Position numbers and translations under genes: made by a program
NCBI RefSeq assembly: GCF_000181795.1
Contig: NW_003526943.1
Coordinates: forward strand, 11,150,007 to 11,214,006
Direction: 5' to 3'
From: Trichinella spiralis
Lineage: Eukaryota
Length of the DNA stretch: 64,000 bases
Shown here: piece by piece, positions 1 through 12,874 of the stretch
Position numbering within the stretch: position 1 is the stretch's first letter
Layout of the letters: every line of letters starts with the position of its first letter
The notes under the pieces: model-generated
Databases searched by the model: none
What the model was told of the DNA's origin: nothing
Seen by the model: the letters and a program-made list of their open reading frames with translations, nothing else

Positions 1-610
1 ATTTTGATCTCCACTCTTTTACAATAAAATAGAGTTGAGCGCAAAATGACTCGTTGAACATTTATTTCCTTGAAAGCATTCTTATTTATTTACTTATTTG
101 TTTTTTACTAACCTTGCAATAATTTGATGATAATTTTGGTATTTTTATAGAGGTTCTAAATATAACTTATTGGGTCATTTTTGGATTCCTGAATATTTTT
201 AGTTTCACTGCACTGAATTTAAACATTCTCACCATTTACAAATCTGAAAATATATAAATAAAAAAGCATGAAACAGGAAAATGCTTTTCAATTAAACATA
301 AAAGACAAAAATTTTCGATGTAAATAATAAAAAGAAATCACCAATTCAAATCAAAGTCATTTATTGGAACTGAAATGGTGATTTGATAAAATGGAAATTT
401 AAATTTAATGCTCAAGATTGAGACATTTTTTGTCGATTCAAATGTGGGTTAATAATTGAAAGTAGAAAAGAAACTGACTCTGACTAGACATACAAGAAAA
501 ACTCCAACTTAAATACTCGAAACAAAAAGCACTTAGAAAGTGAAATACAAAAGACAAAAATAGTACTGCTAGCACGTGCATTTGATAATGTTTTCCAGAG
601 GGAAATATAC

Positions 611-776
611 CTTTTCCAGTCTGCGCGTTGGAAACTTTCAAGTCGAAATCTGCAGTGCGGATTCCTTCCTTTTCCAAAATTAAACGCTTCAAATTTGTGA
701 GCGTAACACTGAGACCCTCGAACGAGACTGTCTTGTAGTCCAATGAGCTCTTGAATTTGTAATGTATGCATGACAT
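611..776 (-). CDS. RBBP6: First coding exon of RBBP6/Mpe1-like E3 ligase (DWNN ubiquitin-like domain); downstream exons not resolved, gene probably runs off the window start
   Basis: MSCIHYKFKSSLDYKTVSFEGLSVTLTNLKRLILEKEGIRTADFDLKVSNAQTGK fits the DWNN pattern (HYKFxS..FDG..DFDLxIxNAQT); ATG at 776, donor G|gtat after 611. Confidence 0.85.
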
Positions 777-1699
777 TACTGGAACTACAAGAAACAAAAA
801 CACAAACGCTGCTTCTACAACCAACTCACGTAAACAACAAAACAACAAAGCAGTACATTACTGTAATAATAGAACGATAGGTATTATCGGCATACTGTAA
901 AAAAATTAATTAATTTTAAATATTCAGTGTTCAAAATTAAAATAAATTTGAATTTATTTCATTAATTTTTGTTAAAAATGTCTTTATTATGTAAAAATTA
1001 AAGAAAATTTGAATTTTGAAAGAAATTTTGTTTGAACAAAGAAATGACTTTTGTTGAAAACAAAGGTTACGGTAATAAAATGGAGTGCAAGTTTGCTTAG
1101 TAAAATTTTGAAAAATATAAAATTAAAAATTAAAATAAAAAAGAGAAATAGAAACAGAAGGATAGAATTAAAATTTTCAACTAACATACGATTAAATGAG
1201 GCAATGACTTTGGCAGTTGGTTGAATAAGCAAGAAAAAATGAGCAGAGAAAATTAAAAAGTATAAAAATAATAAATTAATAGCAAATGTTTGCTTCCTCA
1301 GCTATACATAATTACTAGAGTCAATATGTAATTTTCAGACGTTTGTATTTTTCTACTGGATAACTGAAAAATTATCATTTCTATATGTAACGAGCCGCAC
1401 TCTCGGGCGGGTTTTTTTCCAGGTTCGCGCTTTCCCGGTAACATTATCGAAATCAAAATACAAGTAAACAACACAGCATTTATTAGCTGTCACCGACTTG
1501 TCACAGTAAGATTACAACAACAATAATACACAAACCAACCAACGCACTACCGTAATCTTCCTTTTCCCTTCAAGTATACATCCGCGTACGGTAGCTTTAT
1601 TCTTCTTCCACTTCCTTGTCTGGATAAGCGCAGTTGTTCGCTCAGTCCGTGTCCGCTATATAACTTCCGTACCACCCTAGCTAACGCAACTTAGCTTCT

Positions 1700-2015
1700 T
1701 CCCAAACATTATCCGGCCGGGTGTGGCACCAGTGGTGTGGTGGACGGAAGGCCGGTAGGCCAGAAGCATCCGGTCGAGATGGTCATCCCAGTCCTCCGAC
1801 TGGCCAACGGATACATTTGAAAGCATGTACAGTTACGGTCGAAAGTGGCGCGTAGCCCACACGATGGCTAGCATCTCCCGCTGCGTGGAACAGTACTTCT
1901 GCTCCGGTTGCGACAATGAGCGACTCGCATACGCTATCACCGCCGGAAGACTTTTATCGTTCAGATGCGAAAGGACATCACCGAGAGCATCCTCACTCGC
2001 GTCAACGTCTAACAG
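1700..2015 (-). pseudogene. Gypsy pol remnant: RNase H fragment fused to integrase fragment (copy 1)
   Basis: [53 protein letters not shown] continues in frame into MLSNVSVGQSEDWDDHLDRMLLAYRPSVHHTTGATPGRIMFG (integrase WD..L..AYR.S.H.TTG.TP motif). Confidence 0.85.
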
Positions 2016-3071
2016 AACAGTCCGTCGAAATAGTTCAGCCAGCAGCAGTAGTAGAAGAAGATGGGGCTGTGGAGGAAAGTGGTGGCCAAGAGAAGTCGGT
2101 GGCCCGTGAAAGTTGAGCTTTGAGCGAAGAGCCTCAAGAAAAAGGGAAGAAAAATACTGAGTGGTGAAAAGAAAAGCTGCTAAAAGCAGTAGTGCTACTA
2201 TTACTTCTGGTGGTGGCAAGGGTAAAGCGGCGGCGGCAGTTTCCAGTAAGCCTATGCAGACGATTGCTGTTGACAAGAGTTCACGTGGCAGGAAGGTTGT
2301 TACTGACGTTGTCGACGTCGCTGGTGGGCGACAGAGTTGGTCGAGCGCCATCGAAGCGTAAAGCGCTCAGATCCATGAGCGAAGATGGTTCTGGTGAGGG
2401 CGGCGACCCGAGGAAGCGTTGCTCAGTTATGGTCGGTATGTCCGGGGCCCAAGCGACATTGGCGTTCGCTTTGGCGTCCGCATTGGAAGATTTATCCAAC
2501 GGTGCCCAGAAGCGAAAGCACACCAGCTCCGAGATGTTCATTGAAGGAGAGGAAGTCAGAATCGTCGTCGGCTACAGTGGGCAACATCCTGGCCGCCGGT
2601 CAGTTGAGCAGCATTCCGACTGACAAGGCTGCGATGGAAAAACCAAATTCTGAATCAGTGGCTCAAGTCGACCAGTGGAAGTCGGTTGCTGAAGATTAAC
2701 AACAGCAATTGTTCAGTGCTTCTAGCGAAGTTTCCACCAATGCAAAGGAGGATTCAGGAGCTCATGGAGCTGCAAAAACGAACGTTGAAACGGAAAATGG
2801 TGCCGAGATGGATGTCGATGAGAAGGTGGTTGAGAAAAAGAATCGTCACCGATTTGTCACAGTGCGATTCCAACACTACCATCATCATCAACAACAGCAA
2901 CAAACTCTAACCAACACACCACCGTAATTCTCGTTTTCCCTTCAAGTATACATCCGCGTACGGTAGCTTCATTCTTCTTCCACTTCGTTGTCTGGACAAA
3001 CGCAGTTGTTCCCTCAGTCCATGTCCGCTATATAACTTCCGTACCACCCTAGCTAACGCATCTTAGCTTCT

Positions 3072-3387
3072 TCCCATACATTATCCGGCAGGGTGTGGCA
3101 CCAGTGGTGTGGTGGACAGAAGGCCGGTAGGTCAGAAGCACCCGGTCGAGATGGTCATCCCAGTCCTCCGACTGGCCAACGGATACATTTGAAAGCATGT
3201 ACAGTTACGGTCGAAAGTGGCGCGTAGCCCACACGATAGCTAGCATCTCCCGCCGCGTGGAACAGTACTTCTGCTCCGGTTGCGACAATGAGCGACTCGC
3301 ATACGCTATCACCGCCGGAAGACTTTTATCGTTCAGATGCGAAAGGACATCACCGAGAGCATCCTCACTCGCGTCAACGTCTAACAG
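3072..3387 (-). pseudogene. Gypsy pol remnant: RNase H plus integrase fragments (copy 2)
   Basis: Near-identical duplicate of copy 1 at +1372 bp, same in-frame stop. Confidence 0.85.
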
Positions 3388-5574
3388 AACAGTCCGTCGA
3401 AATAGTTCAGCCAGCAGCAGTAGTAGAAGAAGATGGGGCTGTGGAGGAAAGTGGTGGCCAAGAGAAGTCGGTGGCCCGTGAAAGTTGAGCTTTGAGCGAA
3501 GAGCCTCAAGAAAAAGGGAAGAAAAATACTGAGTGGTGAAAAGAAAAGCTGCTAAAAGCAGTAGTGCTACTATTACTTCTGGTGGTGGCAAGGGTAAAGC
3601 GGCGGCGGCAGTTTCCAGTAAGCCTATGCAGACGACTGCTGTTGACAAGAGTTCACGTGGCAGGAAGGTTGTTACTGACGTTGTCGACGTCGCTGATGGG
3701 CGACAGAGTTGGTCGAGCGCCATCGAAGCGTAAAGCGCTCAGATCCATGAGCGAAGATGGTTCTGGTGAGGGCGGCGACCCGAGGAAGCGTTGCTCAGTT
3801 ATGGTCGGTATGTCCGGGGCCCAAGCGACATTGGCGTTCGCTTTGGCGTCCGCATTGGAAGATTTATCCAACGGTGCCCAGAAGCGAAAGCACACCAGCT
3901 CCGAGATGTTCATTGAAGGAGAGGAAGTCAGAATCGTCGTCGGCTACAGTGGGCAACATCCTGGCCGCCGGTCAGTTGAGCAGCATTCCGACTGACAAGG
4001 CTGCGATGGAAAAACCAAATTCTGAATCAGTGGCTCAAGTCGACCAGTGGAAGTCGGTTGCTGAAGATTAACAACAGCAATTGTTCAGTGCTTCTAGCGA
4101 AGTTTCCACCGATGCAAAGGAGGATTCAGGAGCTCATGGAGCTGCGAAAACGAACGTTGAAACGGAAAATGGTGCCGAGATGGATGTCGATGAGAAGGTG
4201 GTTGAGAAAAAGAATCGTCACCGATTTGTCACAGTGCGATTCCAACACTACCATCATCATCAACAACAGCAACAAACTCTAACCAACACACTACCGTAAT
4301 TCTCCTTTTCCCTTCAAGTATACATCCGCATACGGTAGCTTCATTCTCTTCCACTTCGTTGTCTGTAGAAGTACAGTTGTTCGCTCAGTCCGTGCCCGCT
4401 ACATATTGTTTGTTATTTGCTTTATTTTTATCTATCGTATTGTTTTGAAAATTTAATTTTCTTAATGTACTGTGACGGCAAACTGAAAAAGACGATTATT
4501 TATTTTGTGTCGAATAATATAATAAAAATGGACTACAGCAAGAAAGACCACAGTTCATGATTGATTGTAAATGACAAAGAATCAAATAATCGGCGAAATT
4601 AATTTCAATTAAAATTAAATTTTCAACATTTCATAATAATTATTCCTTCCATCTGTATCAGACGAGTCTCTGGGCGAAGACTAGTAAATTATGAGTGATG
4701 AGTTGTCGGATTATTTATTCCATTAAATTGAATGAATGAATTTGGAATATTCAAACAAACACAATATTCACTCGAAAAGCAGATTAGTTTTTATTGGTTA
4801 TTAAAAGTGCAATTTTGATAAAAGTAGTCAGTCGTTTGACGACGACGTCAACGCATGTCTAAAATCAAAAACCAACATACGCTGCTAAAAATGAATAAAC
4901 AAAAACGAAAAATTGTAGATTGTATTGTAAAAAAAAGCTGCAATTGAGGAATATTTTTGCTTTTGTTCAGTTGTCAAGGTAAAAAGAAAAAAGAAAAAGA
5001 AGAAGCAAGCTTCAAGCGAGCTGCAGCACTGCAGTGGTAGGGGACGGATGTGAAAGTATGAAAAGAGAAGAGACCACCGATTCAACATATCTTTCTGATC
5101 ATATCTATCAGAAAATGAACATTAAGTTCAGGTTAGGCTAGGATATGCTAGCCAAGCACCCATTTTGAAAATTATTAAAGCCAAAAAAGTATTATTTTTA
5201 AAAAATTATAATAGCTAATTTTTTTGTCGTTGGACAATTTGCACACATTCGCCAGTGGTGTCATAGACAGAAAGAGAGAGAGACAGAGATAGAGAGAGAG
5301 GGGCGGGGGTGAAAGAATAACAGTAAAAAATTATGTATCAACAAAAAATCAGAGATACATAATAAAGTTAAAGCGTGTAAGCAACAACTAGAAAATACAA
5401 CAACAACAACAACAACAAAGAACAATTAAGATGGTGATAAACAGAAATCAATTTAACAAACGAAAATAAATTAACAATTAAATAATGAATGAATATGAAA
5501 AAAAAGATTATTTATTTACAAAGAAAGAAGATGCAACTTCAAATCACTGCAGTGCCCCCAGCTAGTTATCCAGT

Positions 5575-8500
5575 CTAGCTTTGCTGCTGGTGGATGTGAC
5601 CGTCACAAGTGATGCTAGCCTGATGATGCTGTTGTTGTTGTTGTTGTTGCTGATGATGATGACCATCATCACCATCCTCGGATGATGCTGCCCCGGCGGC
5701 AGCGTCGGCTAGCAGCAAGCTTGGCGGTTTCTGCTTGCGGCTCTTCAACAAGTACACATCCATGCCGCCGTCGACGCCTTTCACCGAAATGTGGTCGCGG
5801 AATTCGAATTCGTAAACGGTGTCCAAGCGTTCTTTAGCCTGACGGCTGACTTGGATCCGACCGACCACGCCGGTCGAATACATCCGGCTGCCGATGTTGA
5901 CCGTATCGCCCCAGATGTCGTAGTAGAGCTTGGTGGTGCCGATCACGCCGGCAGTGACCGGGCCGATGTTGAAGCCGATCTTCATCCTGAATTCGAAGCT
6001 CAGCAGATCTTTGTTGAAATTGTCCAACGTCTCTTGCAACGCCAACGCGAACTCCATCAACTCGTACAAATGACTGTACGGATGCATGCTGAGGCGCCGG
6101 CGGGCGGGGTTCAGGCCAGAGGCGGCCATATAAGTCGGACCGATCGTTTTGATCTTTTCGACTTGAGTGAATTCAGGCCTGTCGAGCAGTTCGTCGAAAT
6201 CGCTGACCAGCTCGTTCAAGACGCGCAAAAATTCCCTGCCCCCCTCGTATGTCTCTTCGTACATGTCGTTCCAGTTGACCACGCTGGCGAACAGTACCGC
6301 CACCATGGCGTGATTTTCCGAATATTTCGACGTTCTGGCCAGATGTTCGACCACGTGGTGCGGAATGATGTTGCTCAACAGCCAGTCGGCTTGGTCTTTC
6401 ATCTCTTTCATGCGACGTATCGTCTCGCAGGCTTGCAAGTCGCCGTAGAAGCTCATTCTGAAGCTCGCCTCGAACTGATAATTCAAATAGATCACCAACA
6501 AGCAGGCCAACAGCACGACCATGTAAATTTCATTTCTACAACAACTGTACTGTTGGTGGTCTGACTGGACGAACAGCTTTTCCTTTTCATGTTCATGTTC
6601 CAGTTGTTGTTGTTGTTGTTGCTGATGATGATGATGCTGCTGCTGCACATCGTGCTGCTGGTGGTGGTGGTCTGGGATCAGTGGAACAACGCCGCCGCCG
6701 CCGCCACCGTCGTCCGGACCATTCACCGTGGCGTTGTAAAATACAACCGTACTATTGACGAGACCAACCGCAGCCGTGTGCGACGGCTGGCAATTGGAAG
6801 CGCACAAGTGGACCATGGTCACCAGACCGATGCCGATCAAACAGCAGAACAGGGATTTGGGCCAGCTACGAATTTGACTGTAGTTGACGTGGCCGAACAT
6901 GACCATCAGCACCAGCAGGCAGAACAACAGCAGCAGACTTTCGGACTGCCAGTAGCGCGGCTGGGCGAAGCTGAAGCCGGCGGCCGGGCAGTGGACGCTG
7001 GCCAGCAGAGCGCCCAGTGGCAAATTGATCATGGTCAAACTGAGCGCGTGTTTGGGCCACCAGCGGACCCAGATCGACGGCAGCGTGGCTCGGCTGAGCA
7101 CGCAGCGCAGCGTCCAAGCGGCCAACGCGAGCACAAACGAGCCGGACAGCGTCGCGTAGGTGACAAAAGCCGCGTTGTACCACCACTGGTCGTTGACCGC
7201 CAGCATGCAAATCAACAGCAACGTCCAAAACACAATCGTCGACACCACCAAGTCCATGACAACGCTGAATTTGGGCGGGTCGACGCGCCAGTCGTCCAAA
7301 CGGGCGACTTTGACGGCCAAGGGGTCGGTGGCAGCAGCGGTGGCGGCTGTTGTGACGGGTTCTTGGTGTTCGGGGTTGTCGGTTTGGGCTTCTTGTTCGC
7401 CGACCGACCGCCGGGCGCCGAGCTCGAAGTGAGCTCTGTACTGCTGTTCCACGGCCGGGTCGATGAAATTCAACGTGCGCGTCAGCGCCTTGCGGCGGAC
7501 CAGGTAGTCGCCGCGAGCCAGACTGGAGCCGCGGATCGCGTCCGCGAGCCTGTGGTCAAAGTCCACGTGGTCGGCTTCGAAGCGCGAGATGCTGGCCGTG
7601 TGCGTCGAAAGTACGTGGTCGATGCTGCTTTCGACGCCGTCGACGCCGGATACGAATTCCGCATTGCGGTCCGAGTCGAAAGTGACCACGCGGCTCGACC
7701 GCCTCGGTTCCGGCTCGGTATTTTCCGACAATTTCTCCAACGGCACCTGCTCGCCGCCAGTGGTCACCGAGGCGGTCTTGGACGGCTCGACCAGCGACGC
7801 CGACGCCCACTTGGTGCGTTGGTTCAAAGCGACCTGAGAAGCAAGCAAACAAACAAACACAAATTATCACACGATGTGGTGGTTTCGCTTTCACCTTTAC
7901 TCTCCCTCTCACTTACCCCTGGAGGAAAGATGGAATCACTTTTGCAGCGTTCGGATGAACTCAAATTCGATACCGACAACGTTTTGTTCAAACACTAAAT
8001 ATAGAAGAGAAAAAAGTGAATATTTCAATGGAAACAACAAAACAAAACAAAAAACAACATCTACTTTTTTAGAATTAACAGCCGCATCTGAAATTGCCAT
8101 GTCCGAACTGTCAATGTGTCGCAATTCAGACGAACGCAAACGATCTGTACAATAAAATAAACATAATAAAATATGAAAATCGATGCAATGAAATATGCTG
8201 TATCGTATATACCGTGAATATGAGTGTTAGAAATGGAAGACGGTGGCGGTGGAGACGGTACGTCCTGGCTAGCAGGGGCATCAGCAGCTGGCGGCGGCGG
8301 CGGCGGCGGCGGCTCCTGATCGACATTGTTGACAATAAAGTAAGTTTTAATTCCTGCATCGAAAGACAAATAATTAAAATTTCGTCAGTAGAAACGAGCA
8401 TATATGCACAGAAGAAACCTTTGTAGTCGGGCGCCGGCTCGAGCGTGTACTGGTCATCGAGAAAGGCAGCGGTCGCTTCGGATACGTGCACTCGGCCAGA

Positions 8501-8645
8501 CATGCCGGTCGATTCCATGGCGTTGGCCAAATCGACGTCGTTGGAAAAGACGTCTAACTTGAAACGCCGGCGGCCGACGATGCCGCACAGCACCGTTACC
8601 GGAGTGTATACCGACCGCATGTTCATCCTCCTGGTTGGCGGTCGA
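5575..8645 (-). CDS. Transmembrane adenylyl cyclase, ADCY9/acy-1 type; 3' part only (end of C1, M2, C2), truncated at gap
   Basis: C1 end TVLCGIVGRRRFKLDVFSNDVDLANAMESTG (exon to 8419), GIKTYFI exon from 8353, large last exon 7833-5575 with hydrophobic helices and C2 motifs VEKIKTIGPTYMAASGL, GPVTAGVIGTTKLYYDIWGDTVNIGSRMYSTG; small middle exons not fully resolved. Confidence 0.92.
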
Positions 8646-9196
8646 NNNNNNNNNNATTTATGGCATTTATTGTGCATAACAAAGATGAGCGACAGAAGAC
8701 AGTAAACAATTTCAGCGTTAATTTAATGTATTATTATCGACTGTTGTTGTTGATAGTGGGCGTTACTTAATTAACACATTTGAAAATTAATGATGCATAA
8801 AATATGATAAATGCTGTAGTTAGATAAATAATCTTCTCTGAAGCATTCTTCACAGTTTCTTGTTTTTTTAATTCTACACATTAAAACATTACGTATACAT
8901 TAAAAATTGCATATCTGATAATTTATTTTAAAAAATTAATAATATATTTTTAGCGTTTCATTTGAAAGCATTAATGTTAACAGCGTAGAAATTGATTAAA
9001 GTCGATGTTTGATTTGAAAAGATAAAAATATTTAAAACTCTTAGTAGTCAAATATTAGAAAATTTTACATTTGGCTAAAAACAGTTACTTTCTCCCCGAA
9101 TGGAACAAGCACAAATAAAGCAAGATGCACAAAAATGAATTTTAAATTTCAACGGATTATGCTATTATTTTGTATTACTACGCAATGAAAAGATTC

Positions 9197-9268
9197 TGCC
9201 GTGACCAGGATTCGAACCTGGGTTATTGCGGCCACAACGCAATGTCCTAACCACTAGACGATCACGGC
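9197..9268 (-). tRNA. tRNA-His (GTG)
   Basis: Reverse complement GCCGTGATCGTCTAGTGGTTAGGACATTGCGTTGTGGCCGCAATAACCCAGGTTCGAATCCTGGTCACGGCA: paired acceptor stem, D-loop TAGTGG, anticodon GTG, T-loop GTTCGAATC. Confidence 0.96.
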
Positions 9269-12200
9269 TACGGCATTTTTTTATCATAACATATTTATCA
9301 AACTAAATGAATAAATAAAGAAATTTTTCTTTTAAAAATTGTACATTGAAAATAATTATTATCCTGAAACATCACATTTAAAAAGTATTCAAAATTTTCT
9401 ATGATGTGTTGTTCAAAAGAAATTGATGATAATTGACTTTCGAGTTAATAAAAATCGACTAATCACTGCATGTGAATAAAACTTTTTTCCAATATTATAA
9501 TAATTATTACGAAAATTTCAAACATTTTGATGTTTATTATGCATTTAATTTTTTATAAATTAAATGTATAAAATATTTCCTTGATTAATCGGCAATATTT
9601 TGAAATTCATATATTGCTAACATCACATGAAAGTAAGAGTTTATAAAAAAAGAATTTTGGTGAAAAGCAAAGAATTTTAAAATAAACATATGTCAATTTT
9701 GATTAATTTACAAAGAAATGTAATGTATATAAATTTTAAATAACTACTGAGATGCTGTTTTGAAATTTCCATCGATTCTTTTTCAATATAAAAACTTATG
9801 AATTTTTGTCAGGTAGAAATAATTTCTTGAAATTTTAATTATCTCCCCTATGATTAGATCGAAGCAACACAGCATGGTTGTTTTATTTTATTTTACTTTT
9901 AACAGAAAACTCCATTATAATATTTGGTGTAAAAAAATGCACGTTTTTTAGTTTTGCTTTTAAACTAGTGATTTCACAATTGATTGAATGAAAAATTCGT
10001 TTTGCACAAAGTGATAAAAAAATGAAAGGATTTTTATTCAAAATTATCATTTCTTGTGGACTTATTGTTTATTCGACTTTTTCTTTTATTCTTCATATTT
10101 CTTTTGTTTAATATATCAACTAGCAAATGACTGCTTTTACAAATGTCTCGCATGATTCAATTATGAGTTACTTTTTAACCAAACAATTTTGCTATGTCCA
10201 TTGTGAAATATGAAAAACCTTCAGCTGGTAATGGTCAATTTATACTTTTCATGCTTGAGCAGATGCTTGTTCTGTGCATCCGCATGAGAATAGCTGCAGC
10301 CATTTATTAGTCGAGGCGATGCTATCTAAACTATGAAAAAGCAATTACTAATGACTATGACAAGCCAAGTCAAGCAAAATATTGAACATTCTTTCTTGTA
10401 TGCATGTTTCTTTGAATACTGTGTGCTGTTGATCAAAGTGCAACTTAGCACAGCAACTGATGCAAAACGTTGACTACATTTTTGCTTCATTTTTCCACTT
10501 CATTTTCCACAAATATCCGTACAATCAAAGCTGTAACTTTTTCTGCATTCAATGAACCATAATGTAAGCATTTTTTAAGCTGACAATTGAAAATGGAGCA
10601 GAAAATGCGAAGAACATAATTCCATTTTTTCCCATTTTGTGCTTTTTATTCCTGAATTTTAGAATAAATCATAACTTCACCCACGATTTTAATCGATTCT
10701 TTCATGCTGTTTTTGTTCATTTTTAATTTTTATTTATTAATTTGCTATATTTTTATGTTTATTTTTTGCTTTTCAACTATGAAATAATTCTTCAAACGTA
10801 ACCATGAATATTAATCATTACTAGTGCAATTTAATGAAAATTTTATTCTATTAAAATATTAAAATGCAAATTTTTTGTTAAAATGATGTCATCATATATT
10901 TCAAGTTGTGCTTATTATTTATTGTTCATCTCAAACTGAACAGCTTTCAATTAATATTTGATTAAAAGCTGTCTTTTTTTGAATTTTCAACGGAAGATAT
11001 GCATAATTGTCACTGTCACCGATTGTCTGTTCACTGAAATGAAAATATTTATCATTTTTTAAATATCTCTTTACACAATTTGATTGATATTTCAAACATT
11101 GCACACACAAAATATATCATTGCGAACAGCGCAACAACCTGAAATATGCTTTGATCAACTCATGCCACAAAAGTACTTAATATAATGCTTTTTCAATTGC
11201 TAAACTTAGTTTAAACGTTCAAAAAATCTCTGCAAGCAAAAAAAAACTTTCAAACAGTTTATGGAATTGTTTTTAAAAAAATCACTAAAAAATTACAAGT
11301 TTATGAAAGTTGAATACATGACAGAGAAGGTTTTACAAAGCAAAATGCTTTGATGATCCTAGATATACTAACTTTATACATTTTATTGTAATTCACATAC
11401 TTCAGAAGAAATATTTTTATAAAAATGTACTGATATTTTAAAAATTGATGTTGCAAAAAGCATTTAAGCACAAGCAGATGATATTTAAATTTGAAAATAT
11501 ATGCTTAAATCAAATACTTTGGTATTTGCAAAAGCTATTGTCAAAGATGAAAAGAAACATAGTAGATGATGTATTTTGGATAGATGTAATTGAATTAAAA
11601 GTTACACATGAATTAAATATATTAAATTGATGTGATTTTAAATTTATTAATTTGAAATTATTCAACCAATAAAAGATAAGATGAAAATTTATTAATTTCT
11701 TCAAAAATTATTTAGCAAATCAAAAAAAGTAATTTTAATGCTTTTAATTTTATCCATATTTTGTTATTGAATTGGAAAATTTTGTGCATAAAATTGGTTT
11801 GTAGTAAAATTAAGGCACTTTTTGAATAAATCATTCAGTATATTGCATAATATAGGTGTTCATAAAATTAATATCTACCCTTCAGTTATGGCAATATGGA
11901 GTGATAAAGTGGATGGGTGATAATTTACATTCTAAAATGAGATTGTTCATTCAATTTGCCGCACCTGTGTTCGATCAATATCCGGTCAAGCGGCCAGGTA
12001 AATGCTAATTAATGAAAATTACATGTACAAGTTATTTCGTTCAGTTTTGGCTGTCCGTAATCGATGGTCACTGTTGACTTGCACAATTTGCCGGTCAGTA
12101 CAAATTGCGGGTTATGACACAATAATTCAACCGGCACATCAACAATGTGTCCTAGCACAGTTGTTGTTGACAAGCAGTATGTTAAAATAATTGCTTCACT

Positions 12201-12580
12201 GACACATATTTAATCCTTTCCAAGTGGTCACTTCGGGGTTGGCAATCGATCATCAATCCAGACGGTTGCTATTGGCCCGAGCTGAATGCAAGCCCCATCC
12301 ATACCAATCGGTTCATCACTTTATCACCAGGTGTCGTTTTGGTACTTTTACTTTTTCACCTTCATGTTCGTTCAAGTTTGATCAGTTTGCCATTTCGCTT
12401 CTCCAACGGCAGTTGAGTATCGTTTGATCATTTTCACTATCTCCCTTCTTTCCAAAGGTACTGAGCCACACGGTTATTAATTGCAATTTTTCATTCAAAA
12501 TCACAAACTCTTCCCATTTATTAATAAATTTATGAATTATGAACTTTCTTTTTCGTTTAAGCTTTCAAGCAGGCGACAAA

Positions 12581-12874
12581 ATGAAGCTGGTATCGTTTGT
12601 GGTGATCATGCTTGCAGCGATTCTTTTGCATGGCAATTCAAGCAGGGCGGGCGTGGCAATGCGTGGCGCCTATCCTGGCAAAACGATCGACTCATACCAA
12701 ATGGACGAACCATTACCGGTCGACAGCCGTTTCAACGAAGATCTCTGGCGAATGATGGTACAAAATTCCGCCGTATGGCGCAAAAGAGACATGCAACCTG
12801 ATTCATCTGAAGTCGACCGACCCTCTTGGAAGAAGAGCAAACTTTGGGGATATGGCAAAGCCGTCTGGGGCTGA
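12581..12874 (+). CDS. Secreted neuropeptide precursor (97 aa), Wamide/MIP-allatostatin B-like
   Basis: Signal peptide MKLVSFVVIMLAAILLHGNSSRA, RKR and KK basic sites, C-terminus WGYGKAVWG* = W-x6-W plus Gly amide donor; acceptor tttcaagcag just upstream of ATG. Confidence 0.72.
   Translation: MKLVSFVVIMLAAILLHGNSSRAGVAMRGAYPGKTIDSYQMDEPLPVDSRFNEDLWRMMVQNSAVWRKRDMQPDSSEVDRPSWKKSKLWGYGKAVWG

Larger units (their letters stand above)
1386..4403 (-). mobile_element. Non-autonomous Ty3/Gypsy-derived LTR element in tandem (LTR-internal-LTR-internal-LTR)
   Basis: Starts TGTAACGAGC (1386), ends GCCCGCTACA (4403), imperfect inverted ends; flanks tata/tatt; full LTR ~1386-1660 with minus-strand AATAAA at 1479-1484, partial LTR copies ~2845-3032 and ~4217-4403; near-identical units with 1372-bp period. 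Confidence 0.8.

Noticed and set aside
1386..4403. CRISPR-like or prokaryotic defence interpretation of the repeats
   Set aside because: Repeats are kb-scale retroelement units in an intron-rich eukaryotic context; no repeat-spacer array or cas genes
5791..7998. Long plus-strand ORFs (257 and 469 aa) as an overlapping gene
   Set aside because: Antisense shadows of the GC-rich cyclase exon; no domain or splice support
8600..8645. Altered cyclase C1 motif (MRSVYTPVTVLCG instead of an MRVGxHTG-type motif)
   Set aside because: Adjacent to a gap; best explained by low-quality contig-end sequence
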